From: Thermoproteota archaeon
Lineage (GTDB): Archaea > Thermoproteota > EX4484-205 > JAAOZP01
NCBI GenBank assembly: GCA_049700215.1
Contig: JBNAVT010000005.1
Coordinates: 26,542-90,541, forward strand
Reading direction: 5' to 3'
Length of the DNA stretch: 64,000 nt
Notes under the pieces: generated by a model
What the model was told of the DNA's origin: nothing
The model's database searches: none
What the model saw: only the letters and a program-made list of their open reading frames with translations
Translations under genes and position numbers: made by a program
Shown here: positions 38,079-47,669 of the stretch, piece after piece
Numbering within the stretch: the stretch's first letter is position 1
How the letters are laid out: each line of letters starts with the position of its first letter

Positions 38079-38297
38079 AATTATCTCTTCTCGGCTCTCC
38101 GAGATTCTTTCTCAAACGCATTTATAAACTTTTCTAACGCTCTCCGACCTGGCCCCGCTCCTAGCCCTTACGAGCTCGTTCCGCAGGGTTCAAGGCTGCG
38201 TCAGGGAAGCCCCGCGAGCGCACGCTAACTCTCATCAGCGCGTGCTTAAGCAGATTTCAAGCCTTTAAAATATTCCTGTAAATCCTGCCCTGGATGC

Positions 38298-39083
38298 TCA
38301 GCCGCAGATTTCCCTGAGTTTCTGTATGCAGGATAATGCTGCCAGGTAGCTTGTCCTAGGATTATCAGGGTGAGGTGTATTCTCAACCTGTATCCTGAGG
38401 TTGGAAACCTTGGATTCAACATCTATCTCATGCATTATGTCTTTCCTAGTCGGGTCAGCTATTATTCTAACGAGGACGCCTGATTTAGAGTATAAGGCTA
38501 GTGCTGCTGCAACATTCACGCTTCTGGGGAAATGCATTAAAGCGTCTTCAACAGGCCCCTCGTAGACGAGCGTCGGCTCCCTGATTTTATCCAATTCAAT
38601 CCTCTTCTCCTTTAAATAGTCGGAGTAGGCTAATGCTTCAGGAGGCTTCCTCGTGGTTAAAACAACCCTGTCCACGCCCACTAGGCTTATGGCTTGAACA
38701 GCATCAAGTCCAGCGATTGCTCCTGCTGGAACATGTATTCTGCTCGCGTTTTCCTCATATATCTTCCTAGTCTCGGGGAAAAGGAGTCCTCCTATGCTCA
38801 TCACAAGCACCTCCTTTCCGGCTTCAATAATGGGTTTAAGATATTCTAGCACAGCCTCGTCGCTCGCAGCCTCGACAATGATACTAAGCCTCCTGTCTCT
38901 CAACATTTCCTCTATCCCCTCCAGAATCTTCGGCTTGCTCCTAAGCTTCTCAACCAGCTTCAAAGCAGCCTCCCTGCGTGAATCATAGACATAGACGAGT
39001 TTCGCGTTAATCTTGCCCTCGTCCACAGCCTCAGCTATGAGGGAGCCTATTGCACCACACCCTATCAAGCCGATCCTTTTCAT
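38298..39083 (-). CDS. nadX: L-aspartate dehydrogenase
   Basis: MKRIGLIGCGAIGSLIAEAV...AKLVYVYD..., ...SIGGLLF...VPAGAIAGLDAV.... Last gene of the nadA-nadC-nadX operon. The start overlaps the nadC stop. Confidence 0.8.
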   Translation of the reverse strand: MKRIGLIGCGAIGSLIAEAVDEGKINAKLVYVYDSRREAALKLVEKLRSKPKILEGIEEMLRDRRLSIIVEAASDEAVLEYLKPIIEAGKEVLVMSIGGLLFPETRKIYEENASRIHVPAGAIAGLDAVQAISLVGVDRVVLTTRKPPEALAYSDYLKEKRIELDKIREPTLVYEGPVEDALMHFPRSVNVAAALALYSKSGVLVRIIADPTRKDIMHEIDVESKVSNLRIQVENTPHPDNPRTSYLAALSCIQKLREICG

Positions 39084-39934
39084 TTTCCCACCCTCGTGAC
39101 TTCGAGCGATATGTCTATTGCTTTCGCTGAATGCGTCAGCTCCCCTGAGCTTATTATGTCAGGTTCAGCCTCCACGTACTCTTCAAGGTTTTCAAGCTTA
39201 ACTCCACCGGAAACCTCTACTAGAACCTTGCTCCTCAATCCCTTTTTCCTAAGCATTTCAATAGTCTTCCTCGCTCTTTCAGGTGTGCAATTGTCAAGCA
39301 TGATTATGTCCGCCCCTGCCTCAGCAGCCTCCACAGCATCCTCAGCCTCAGCTACCTCAACCTCTATCTTCTTGCTGAAGCTTGCTAGTTCCCTAGCCTT
39401 CTTAACAGCCTCACCAACCGAGTTGAAATACTTTAGATGATTCTCCTTGATAAGAATCATGTCTGACAGGTTTAGTCTGTGAGTGTCGCCGCCCGCGGCT
39501 GCAATAGCCTTCTTCTCGAAATACTGGAATCCAGGTTTAACCTTTCTAGTTGCAGCTATCTTCACGTTCGGGTTTATTCTCCGGGCTTTTTCAACGAAGG
39601 CCTTGGTTAATGTTGCCACTCCAAAGGTTTGCGAGAGAATGTTCAACAATAGTCTTTCAATCTCCATGAGTCTACGCATATTGCCTTTAATCCACATTAT
39701 TTTATCCCCTTTTCTGAATGCTTCACCACTCTTCTTCAAAACCCTGACCGTGAAACCCATTTTTTCAAGTATTGGGGCAACATCCTCGCAGCAGGCTGCA
39801 ACACCGTCCTCCTTAGCCATTACTACTGCCTCGCACGTAGCCTGTGGAGGTATGATCTCGGAGGTTAAGTCCCAGTAGGGTATGTCTTCAGAGAGCCACT
39901 CGAGGAATTTTCTATAAATCACTTCCTCGACCAT
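39080..39934 (-). CDS. nadC: nicotinate-nucleotide pyrophosphorylase (carboxylating), quinolinate phosphoribosyltransferase
   Basis: ...IPYWDLTSEIIP...ATRKVKPGFQYFEKKAIAAAGGDTHRLNLSDMILIKENHL... Canonical QPRTase motifs. Confidence 0.9.
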   Translation of the reverse strand: MVEEVIYRKFLEWLSEDIPYWDLTSEIIPPQATCEAVVMAKEDGVAACCEDVAPILEKMGFTVRVLKKSGEAFRKGDKIMWIKGNMRRLMEIERLLLNILSQTFGVATLTKAFVEKARRINPNVKIAATRKVKPGFQYFEKKAIAAAGGDTHRLNLSDMILIKENHLKYFNSVGEAVKKARELASFSKKIEVEVAEAEDAVEAAEAGADIIMLDNCTPERARKTIEMLRKKGLRSKVLVEVSGGVKLENLEEYVEAEPDIISSGELTHSAKAIDISLEVTRVGK

Positions 39935-40854
39935 GGTGTTTCAACCCCTAGGAGAGCAAAGCTTCTTTCAAGAACTTTCCTCGCCTTCTCAGCAAGCTTC
40001 TCATCGATTTTCACAACGGTCTCGCCGCTATCAAGGCTCCTGTACACTTTTTCAAGCGTGATCTTCTTCATGTTGGGGCATATCGTGTCTTTACTCACAG
40101 GATAAGCCTCCTTACCAGGGTAAAGCTTAGAGATTCTGTGAACTACCCCGTTCTCGGTGCCTATTATGAAACGCTTTGCATCAATCTCTCCAGCTGCCCT
40201 TATTATTTGGCTTGTGCTGCCCACGAAATCAGCCAGCCTCCTTGTTTCAGGCGGGCACTCGGGGTGTACAAGCACCTTCGCATCCGGCATCTTTTCCTTA
40301 ACGGATGTTATTCTACCTGCTGTGATCCCTATGTGAACCGGGCAGTAGCTGTTAAGGGGAACGGCAATAACCTCCTTCCCGGTTGTTTCAGCAACGTATG
40401 ACGCTAGGTTCCTATCCGGCCCGAAAAGGATTTTCTCCTCGTCAAGCTTAGAAACCAGCTTGGAAGCGCTGCTGCTGGTAACCACGTAGTCTGCCATAGA
40501 CTTGACTTCGACGAAGGAATTCACGTAAACCACTAGAGGCGCATCCGGGTGTTTTCTACGGTATTCGTCAACCACAGGAGGGTCGAGCTGCCACGCCATC
40601 GGGCAGATTGACCTCGGCTCAGGCGTTAGTATTGTCTTAGCGGGGTTCAGCACAGCCGCCTGCTCAACCATGAAGTCTACGCCTGCAAAAACTATCGTCT
40701 TAGCATCGGTCTCCATAGCCTTGATGGATAGTTCTAGGCTGTCGCCGACGAAATCAGCAACATCCTGCACCTCGGGCCTCTGGTAGTTGTGCGCTAGCAC
40801 TATGGCTCCCATGTCCCTCGCTTTCTCGCGTATTTTACGGCTAAGGTCTTCCAT
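39919..40854 (-). CDS. nadA: quinolinate synthase A
   Basis: ...AIVLAHNYQRPEVQDVADFVGDSLELS..., CPMA and the second/third repeat motifs. First gene of the operon. Confidence 0.9.
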   Translation of the reverse strand: MEDLSRKIREKARDMGAIVLAHNYQRPEVQDVADFVGDSLELSIKAMETDAKTIVFAGVDFMVEQAAVLNPAKTILTPEPRSICPMAWQLDPPVVDEYRRKHPDAPLVVYVNSFVEVKSMADYVVTSSSASKLVSKLDEEKILFGPDRNLASYVAETTGKEVIAVPLNSYCPVHIGITAGRITSVKEKMPDAKVLVHPECPPETRRLADFVGSTSQIIRAAGEIDAKRFIIGTENGVVHRISKLYPGKEAYPVSKDTICPNMKKITLEKVYRSLDSGETVVKIDEKLAEKARKVLERSFALLGVETPWSRK

Positions 40855-40867
40855 CAGCTTCTTTTGA

Positions 40868-40900
40868 AGGCTTAACCCCCATTATTTAAGGGGTTCTATT
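40868..40900 (-). promoter_or_regulatory. nadA promoter: TATA-like box (TTAAATAAT on the minus strand) flanked by inverted repeat AACCCC/GGGGTT
   Basis: Plus strand ttAACCCCcattatttaaGGGGTTc at 40871-40895. The AT-rich core is about 27 nt upstream of the nadA start codon (40852-40854), the leaderless-type spacing. Confidence 0.35.
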
Positions 40901-40950
40901 CAGGCAATAATTGCATAAATGCTTCGTTAAGAGGCAAAATAGAACTGCAA

Positions 40951-40982
40951 AGTTTTTAAACCGTTGAAAACAATAAATAGCC
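40951..40982 (+). promoter_or_regulatory. putative promoter of the NAD kinase gene (TATA-like AATAAATA / TTTTTAAA)
   Basis: AATAAATA at 40973-40980 lies 26-33 nt upstream of the TTG start at 41006. A second AT box is at 40951-40962. Confidence 0.3.
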
Positions 40983-41005
40983 CTCCAATCCACTACTGAA
41001 CCTAG

Positions 41006-42004
41006 TTGAACATAGTGCTAGCCCCAGCGAAGTCCGACCGTGGCCTGCTTAAGGAATGCTTGAGAACAGTCAGCCGCATCGGGGTGGAGGTTACACGCGT
41101 CAAGAGTCTTGAAGAGCTTGAGAAGATTAACGAGGGTCTTCTACTCGTGTTAGGCGAGGATAAGGATGTTTTGAAAGCCCTTCACTACGTGAAATCTAGG
41201 GATGTACTTATTCTGGGGGTTAGCAAGACAGAGAATAACAGTTTCCTCATGGAGACAACGCTTGAGAGGCTTGAAGACGCTTTAAGGGCTTTCCTGAGAA
41301 GAGAGTACAGCGTGGAGTATTCCTCGAGGCTTAAGGCTGTTGTAGACAATGCTGAAACACCGTGCGCGCTTAACGAGCTCGCAATATTCCCGAGGAAAAG
41401 CGCTACAGTGCTCGAGTATAGCCTTTATATCGACGGCGAATTCGTCTGGAGAGATATAGGTGATGGCTTGATAGTTTCCACACCAATAGGCTCAACAGCC
41501 TACGCTCTCTCAACAGGGGGGCCAATAATACATCCCCAAGCCAGGGTGGTGAGCATAGTCCCTGTTAACTCTTTAAACCTTACTAGAAGACCCTTGGTAA
41601 CCCCTCTTGAAAGCCTTATAGAAATCAGAGAAATAGTCAGTAACTCCGCATGTGAAGTCATCGTCGACGGTGGATATAGGATGAGGATAGCTGAGAAGGT
41701 TATTGTTAAAAGGGGTGAGGACGTTGGCTTCGTAAGGCTTAGCGAAGCGCTTCTGGCGAGAAGACTTGAGAAGAAGGCTAGAATGTCGCTTGACATAAGC
41801 AGTCTGCCTCCCAGCGCGAAACTGATTTTGAAGGTTCTTGAGTACGAGGGGGCTTTAACTCAGAGGGACATTGTTAAGAAGACGATGCTGCCAGCTAGGA
41901 CCGTGCGACACGCTCTCGCAATACTTGTCGGGAACAATTTCGTCAAGAAACGGCCTTTAATAAGGGATCCGAGGCAGGATCTCTACTATATTGAGTCCAA
42001 GTGA
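41006..42004 (+). CDS. nadK: NAD(+) kinase fused to a C-terminal winged-helix DNA-binding domain
   Basis: NAD-kinase core ...GDGLIVSTPIGSTAYALSTGGPIIHP...VVSIVPVNSLNLTRRPLV.... C-terminal approx. 70 aa ...AKLILKVLEYEGALTQRDIVKKTMLPARTVRHALAILVGNNFVKKRPLIRDPR... is a wHTH. TTG start. Confidence 0.8.
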   Translation: MNIVLAPAKSDRGLLKECLRTVSRIGVEVTRVKSLEELEKINEGLLLVLGEDKDVLKALHYVKSRDVLILGVSKTENNSFLMETTLERLEDALRAFLRREYSVEYSSRLKAVVDNAETPCALNELAIFPRKSATVLEYSLYIDGEFVWRDIGDGLIVSTPIGSTAYALSTGGPIIHPQARVVSIVPVNSLNLTRRPLVTPLESLIEIREIVSNSACEVIVDGGYRMRIAEKVIVKRGEDVGFVRLSEALLARRLEKKARMSLDISSLPPSAKLILKVLEYEGALTQRDIVKKTMLPARTVRHALAILVGNNFVKKRPLIRDPRQDLYYIESK

Positions 42005-42039
42005 TTAAGGGCTAAGTTTTTAAGAGTATTGTTTTAGGA

Positions 42040-43167
42040 GTGCCCATGGGAAGCGAGATAAGGGTTGCTGACTCGGCGAGGTCGCATAGAGTTGAGCTTC
42101 TTCTGGGTGAGCTGGGAGGGTCGCCGGTTAGCTGGCTCATCATTAACGATCTTGAAGTAAAGGTTGGGAAAGCATTCTTGAAAATGGGCGGGGTAGGCGG
42201 GGTTGGGACGCTCGAGGAGCACAGGATGAAGGGGTATTCGAGAAAGGTTATGGAGTTTTCAATCGAATACATGGTTAGGAACGGGTATGATGTTTCAATG
42301 CTTTTCGGCATACCTGATTACTATGTTAAATGGGGTTATGCTTCAACGCTTCCCAACTGCAAGATTACTATGCCTCTTAGGAATGCTGAGAGGGCTAGGC
42401 CTGGGCTTAAAGCTCGCCCAATGGTTAAGGAGGATGCTGGAGTTATCCTGGATATTTACGAGTTGGCTAATGAGCATAGGACAGGTCCCCTTAAGAGGCA
42501 TAGGGGTGAATGGTTCAGATTTAGAAAGGGAAGCTGGTGGGGGATACCTGCTGATGGGACAGTCTTTGAAGATGAGTCTGGAAGAATAGTTGCCTACTGC
42601 GCTTCTGACCGCTGGCCGAGGGTGATGAGGATAACTGAGGTGGGCGCTGTAGACGTTGCTCTCTATGAGCATGTGCTCCGCTATGCGTGCGACGTTGCTT
42701 TCCAGAAGAAGGCTACTGAACTTGAAATATATGTCCCGTTTGACCATCCATTCGCCGAGCTCTGTAAAAGCCTCGGCTGCACGGTTAGTATTGACTATCC
42801 GTATGCTTCCGACGGCATGGGGAGAATCGTCAATATCAAGTCAACCTTCGAGAAGCTTGTTCCAGTGTTTAAGGATCGTTTAGAAAAGGCCTGTGTGAAA
42901 GAGCTGCCTTCGCAAATATCTTTTAAAACTGACATAGGTCTTATTACGCTTGAAATCTCTGACTCTGGCGTGTCTATTTCAGAAGCTGTGTCGACGAACT
43001 GGATTGAGCTCCCACAATGGGTGTTAATGCAACTTATTCTTGGATATAGGGATCCGAAGAGCGTGGTGGTGGATCAGGCTGTGAAACATGAAGGGAGGGT
43101 TGAAAAAGCTTTAGAGACACTGTTTCCATCGGGGAATCCCCATATCTGGCATTCAGACTGGTTCTAG
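42040..43167 (+). CDS. GNAT family N-acetyltransferase, Eis-like (GNAT + SCP2-like C-terminal domain)
   Basis: GNAT motif A ...GGVGGVGTLEEHRMKGYSRKVM.... Eis-like C-terminus ...TNWIELPQWVLMQLILGYRDP.... GTG start. Confidence 0.6.
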   Translation: MPMGSEIRVADSARSHRVELLLGELGGSPVSWLIINDLEVKVGKAFLKMGGVGGVGTLEEHRMKGYSRKVMEFSIEYMVRNGYDVSMLFGIPDYYVKWGYASTLPNCKITMPLRNAERARPGLKARPMVKEDAGVILDIYELANEHRTGPLKRHRGEWFRFRKGSWWGIPADGTVFEDESGRIVAYCASDRWPRVMRITEVGAVDVALYEHVLRYACDVAFQKKATELEIYVPFDHPFAELCKSLGCTVSIDYPYASDGMGRIVNIKSTFEKLVPVFKDRLEKACVKELPSQISFKTDIGLITLEISDSGVSISEAVSTNWIELPQWVLMQLILGYRDPKSVVVDQAVKHEGRVEKALETLFPSGNPHIWHSDWF

Positions 43168-43195
43168 CACGCCAGTTTTAAACCGGCATTCCCTA

Positions 43196-43987
43196 CTACC
43201 CGTAGGCTCTTTTATAGAAATCGTCAAGTATCAATGGAACCTTCTCATCCTGTTTAATTCTTCTTATCGCGTCCGCTACGAAATCGACAATCCTCTCAAC
43301 CAGTATTTTACCCTTCTCCTTCGTCGCCAGCCTTGGGTCGCCGAGATAAAGCTGGACTGCGTAAGCCTGCCAGTCGACAGGCGTCTCTATTCCGGGGAGA
43401 TTCGTCCCCCCTGTCTTCGCCTCCTGCTTAACATTCTCCATCTTAATCAGGTTTTCAAACAAGTATAGCCCCATGCTGGTTTCACGCTCGCAAGCATGAC
43501 CTGTTACCCTGCTTTCACATATTTTCTCAGCAATCTCCTCTATCGAGGACCATGGCTCGATTAACGCGTAAATAACGTAATCCCTCTTCCTGTGCAAGCT
43601 TTCCCTTAGGAAAACCCTTAGAAGATTATTGTTTCCCCCGTGACCGTTGACAATGAGGATTTTTTTAAAACCGTTTCTCGCAACCTCTTCGCATATTTCC
43701 TCGAGAATATTAAGTATTGTTCTCGCGCTCAGCGATATGGTTCCCGGGAAATGCCGGTTCTCAGGCACATAAACATAGTAGAGTGTCGGCAGCACTACTG
43801 CAGGTTCTTTTTCAGCAGCCATCCTAGTTATTTCACGAATAGTTATGGAGTCTGTTCCAGTCGGCATATGAAGCCCATGTATTTCGATCGAGCCTACTGG
43901 TAGGACTGCAACAAGGTTTTTCTCAGCCGCCTCCTTTACATCAGGGCTTGTTAAACATTCCCAAAGCATTTCTAACCGTCTCCTCAC
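43196..43987 (-). CDS. creatininase family amidohydrolase (creatinine amidohydrolase/ArfB-like)
   Basis: ...VLPVGSIEIHGLHMPTGTDSI...ILIVNGHGGNNNLL... The metal-binding His/Asp/Glu pattern of PF02633. Confidence 0.8.
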   Translation of the reverse strand: MRRRLEMLWECLTSPDVKEAAEKNLVAVLPVGSIEIHGLHMPTGTDSITIREITRMAAEKEPAVVLPTLYYVYVPENRHFPGTISLSARTILNILEEICEEVARNGFKKILIVNGHGGNNNLLRVFLRESLHRKRDYVIYALIEPWSSIEEIAEKICESRVTGHACERETSMGLYLFENLIKMENVKQEAKTGGTNLPGIETPVDWQAYAVQLYLGDPRLATKEKGKILVERIVDFVADAIRRIKQDEKVPLILDDFYKRAYG

Positions 43988-44815
43988 ATTTTGTAAAGCT
44001 TATAACTTTTTCGCTGGAGTGTTAAATGTTTCCTGTTTCTCAGAAGGTTAAAATTAGTTGGGCGCGTTTCTAACAGGATTTTGAATGAGAATGATGCGGC
44101 TCTATTTGTTTAAATGAATCTTTAAGGATAAGTATCCGAATTATGTTTATGATGCAAGGAGTCCATGGGAGAAACCTCCAGGATTCTGGGAAAAGCGGTT
44201 GAACTCTAAAGGGTATTGCTGCCGGCTCCATCCGTACATACGGTATGTTAAAGAACATCTGGCTGAAATGATAGCTCGCAGGTTCTAAAAGGTTCCTACC
44301 TGTATTATGTTAAAAGTAGCCTAGAAAAAGCCCTACTATAAACGAGTGAAACATATGGGTAGCTGAAGTGATAAAGACCAAAAAGCAGCGACGAGAGGAC
44401 GATTGAAACCGTAACTCCATACATCTTGAAAAAGCCTCGCAACGTGCAGCCGCGGAAAACACCCTCCTCAGAGACACATTAGCAGATAGGCTAGAAAATA
44501 AACGGGCAAATGAATATAATAGGCGATATGAATCCGCGGAGCGTGCGCTCCCGACTTGTTTATAAGCATTTTCCCATGAGATGCATATTCATTCTTAACA
44601 ATAGCTGAGCACGCTGTTTTCCATCGAGAGAAAAACTCATTCTTTAGAAGTGGAATAAGCTATCAGTGGACGTCAATACGTTTCTTCCATAAAGCTCTGA
44701 ACCCTGTACAGTGTGTCCACGATCATGACGAGCCGAAATCCTGCTGGCTTTCGCCGTAGGAGTGTCAAGATTCTAGCTAAAAGTTTATCACTGGTGGATA
44801 AAATGTTTAAAGGGG

Positions 44816-45988
44816 TTGAACAATATCGTTGTAGGGACGTCGGGCTGGAGCTACAAGGATTGGCTGAACGTGTTCTACACGAGTAGTGAGAAAATGTTTC
44901 AGCAGTATGCGAGTATCTTTAAAACGGTTGAAGTAGATTCCTCCTTCTATAGACAGCCTAATCCGGGCTTCATTCGTACTATTGCTAGATCCTCGCCTAA
45001 AGGCTTCGTTTTCTCCCTCAAGATTCCTAAAACAGTGACCCATGTTAAACTAATGGATCTGGAGAAAGGGGCTATGAGGGATTTAAAACTCTTCCTAAGC
45101 GTGCTCACCCCTCTCAAGGAAGGCGGGAAGCTTGGGCCGCTGCTTTTCCAGCTTCCGCCAAAGCCTGCCGAAGCCTTTAAAGGCTTCCACGAGTTTCTGA
45201 AGAGTCTTCCAGAGGGCTACGATTTTGCTGTTGAGTTCAGGCATCCGACTTGGATGAATGATGATGCTTTCAGAGTTCTCTCGGAGAATAATGTGGGGTA
45301 CTGCATTGTCGACGAGCCTCTTCTGCCTGCGTTGCTGAAGGTTACTGGAGGTTTCTCCTACGTAAGGTTTCACGGTAGGGGTAAAAGACCATGGTACTAT
45401 TACGATTACAGGGTTGACGAGCTTGAGGAGTGGAAGGGGAGGCTTGAGGAGCTTTCCTCCAGGGCTAAGAAGGTTTACGTTTACTTTAACAACCACTTCA
45501 GAGGGTATGCGGTGAAGAACGCGCTTCAAATGATGAAGATCGTTGGGACCGCTGAGAAGCCTCAGGAGGAGGCTTTGAACAAGATTCTCAGCTACTTCGG
45601 GGAAGAGGGCTTAAGGAGGACGGTTAGCAGGTTTGAAGCAGCGCTTTCTTCCGGCGAGAAGGATGTTGAGAAACTGGTCTCAGCCTTCCTAGAGGGCGGT
45701 AGGCTGGAGAGGGCAAGGGAACTGGCTGGAAGAGTGGTTATTGAGGAGGCTGGAGAAGGGAGTGTTAAAGCCAGGGTCAAGGAGTATACTGTTGTAGTAA
45801 GTCTTTCTGAAAGGAGGCTGAAGCATTACTGTGAGGACTGGGTTAAAAGGATTAGTCAAAAACAGTTCTGCAAGCATGTTGCCGCGCTTTTTCTCGCCAT
45901 GAAACCGGAGGAGTCTGCGCGAATACTTACGCTAATTTGTAGAAACCTTGATAACTGGGTCTTCGAAGCCGAAGCAGGTAGGGCTTAA
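44816..45988 (+). CDS. DUF72 (UPF0759) domain protein fused to C-terminal SWIM-type zinc finger
   Basis: VGTSGWSYKDWLNVFY... DUF72 N-terminus (approx. 250 aa). C-terminal ...HYCEDWVKRISQKQFCKHVAALF... gives the CxC...CxH SWIM signature. Start likely a few codons into the ORF. Confidence 0.7.
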   Translation: MNNIVVGTSGWSYKDWLNVFYTSSEKMFQQYASIFKTVEVDSSFYRQPNPGFIRTIARSSPKGFVFSLKIPKTVTHVKLMDLEKGAMRDLKLFLSVLTPLKEGGKLGPLLFQLPPKPAEAFKGFHEFLKSLPEGYDFAVEFRHPTWMNDDAFRVLSENNVGYCIVDEPLLPALLKVTGGFSYVRFHGRGKRPWYYYDYRVDELEEWKGRLEELSSRAKKVYVYFNNHFRGYAVKNALQMMKIVGTAEKPQEEALNKILSYFGEEGLRRTVSRFEAALSSGEKDVEKLVSAFLEGGRLERARELAGRVVIEEAGEGSVKARVKEYTVVVSLSERRLKHYCEDWVKRISQKQFCKHVAALFLAMKPEESARILTLICRNLDNWVFEAEAGRA

Positions 45989-46117
45989 AAACTTTCTAAT
46001 TTGCAAATCCCGGTTGCCACTTCCTCTCGTTACTAGAATTCTGTCGTTATAATGAGTCCTCCAGACCATAGTAAACCATATTAAGATGTTTCATTAAATC
46101 TTCCCAGGTGTTTAAAG

Positions 46118-46633
46118 GTGGATGTGATGGAGGCGATTAAAACTAGGCGGAGCATTAGAAAGTATAAGTCGACGCCGGTGGAGGATGAGAAGATAATTGA
46201 GTGTCTTGAAGCCGCCAGATGGGCCCCCTCAGCCAACAACTCTCAGCCATGGGAGTTCTTGGTGGTGAAGAACCCGGAGACCAGGAGGAAGCTTGCGGAG
46301 ATACATAGGTACGGGAGGTTTATGGCTGACAGTCCTGTCGTAGTGGTTTTCATAGCTGACCCCGGGAGGAGCAGCAACTGGTATCACGGGGATGTTGCTG
46401 TTTCCGTGCAAAACTTCCTTCTCGCGGCCCACTCTATGGGGCTTGGGACATGCTGGATGGGTGTGTTGAACACTCCCTTCGAAGAACCTATAAAGAAGCT
46501 GCTTGGAATACCTGAGGGGCTTAGAGTTCTATGTACTGTTTCAGTCGGCTATCCTGATGAAAAGCCCAGTAGAAACAGGAGACCGCTTGAAGAAGTGACG
46601 CATTGGGAAAAATATGGGCTAAGATCAAAATAG
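46118..46633 (+). CDS. nitroreductase family protein
   Basis: MDVMEAIKTRRSIRKYK...LEAARWAPSANNSQPWEFLVV.... FMN-dependent nitroreductase fold. Confidence 0.8.
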   Translation: MDVMEAIKTRRSIRKYKSTPVEDEKIIECLEAARWAPSANNSQPWEFLVVKNPETRRKLAEIHRYGRFMADSPVVVVFIADPGRSSNWYHGDVAVSVQNFLLAAHSMGLGTCWMGVLNTPFEEPIKKLLGIPEGLRVLCTVSVGYPDEKPSRNRRPLEEVTHWEKYGLRSK

Positions 46634-46778
46634 CCACGTGTCAAGCAAGCTATATGTTTTTCTAAATTAAACTTTCACGCTTGATTCCACGAAATGTTTT
46701 GCACAACTGGCTTTGATAGAGTTGCCTTAACGGTTATCTCGATAAGATTTATTAATACCCTGTTGTTAGCATGACCAA

Positions 46779-47669
46779 ATGTACGTCGCAGTTAGGGATT
46801 TCACGGTAATATGGGTTGGTTATGAGGATTTGGTGAAGGGGCTAAAGGATTTAGGTTTAAATAGGTATGAAATGTACGTAAATAAAACATTAACTCAAGA
46901 CACGTATGAAGATATGGGCCACGTGGTGAAGCTAGGTTTTAACTTGAGAGACGTTCATGAGAGAAAAGAATTTTTAGAATTTTCTAAAAACACAGGTGTA
47001 AAACCGTGCACTATATTGTTGGAAAATGATTTTGCAAGTGAAAATCTAGAGGGGGAGCTGGATTATATTAAAAAGGCGACACAGCTTGCGGATGAAATCG
47101 GCGTTGAAGTGATACGGATAAACTCGCATATGCAGATAAGGGAAGAGAAACCGGTTGAAGAGTATGCTAAGCATTTTGTTGAAATAATGAGACGCCTCTT
47201 AAGGGAAACAAAGGGTAGCAGCGTAGCTTATGCCGTTGAAAATCATGGCTATGTTAGCAACGATGAGCGGTTTCTAGACTACGCCTTTAAAGAGATAAAT
47301 GATGAAAGAGTAGGCTTAACATTGGATACTGGAAACTTCTACTGGTATGGTTATCCGTTGAGCAAGGTTCATGAGCTCATAGAGAAGTATGCAAAACTAG
47401 TTAAACATACTCATCTTAAAAATCTGAAGTATCCCGTGGCTAAAAGGGAAAAGAAGAGGCCTCCCGGGGAAGATTTTCCCCAGGTTGGAGCACCCCTGTA
47501 CGAAGGAGATATTGACTTTAGAAGAGTGGTTCAGGTTTTAAGAAAAGCAGGGTATACTGGCGATTTAACTATTGAAGACGAATCTCTAGGGAAATATAGT
47601 CGAGAGGAAAGAAAAGCAGTGTTGAAAAAAGATGTGGAATTTATCAAGAAGCTAATATCTGAAACCTAA
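46779..47669 (+). CDS. sugar phosphate isomerase/epimerase (xylose isomerase-like TIM barrel)
   Basis: ...YAVENHGYVSN..., ...LDTGNFYWYGYP..., HTHLKN. Fourth member of this fold in the window. Confidence 0.7.
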   Translation: MYVAVRDFTVIWVGYEDLVKGLKDLGLNRYEMYVNKTLTQDTYEDMGHVVKLGFNLRDVHERKEFLEFSKNTGVKPCTILLENDFASENLEGELDYIKKATQLADEIGVEVIRINSHMQIREEKPVEEYAKHFVEIMRRLLRETKGSSVAYAVENHGYVSNDERFLDYAFKEINDERVGLTLDTGNFYWYGYPLSKVHELIEKYAKLVKHTHLKNLKYPVAKREKKRPPGEDFPQVGAPLYEGDIDFRRVVQVLRKAGYTGDLTIEDESLGKYSREERKAVLKKDVEFIKKLISET

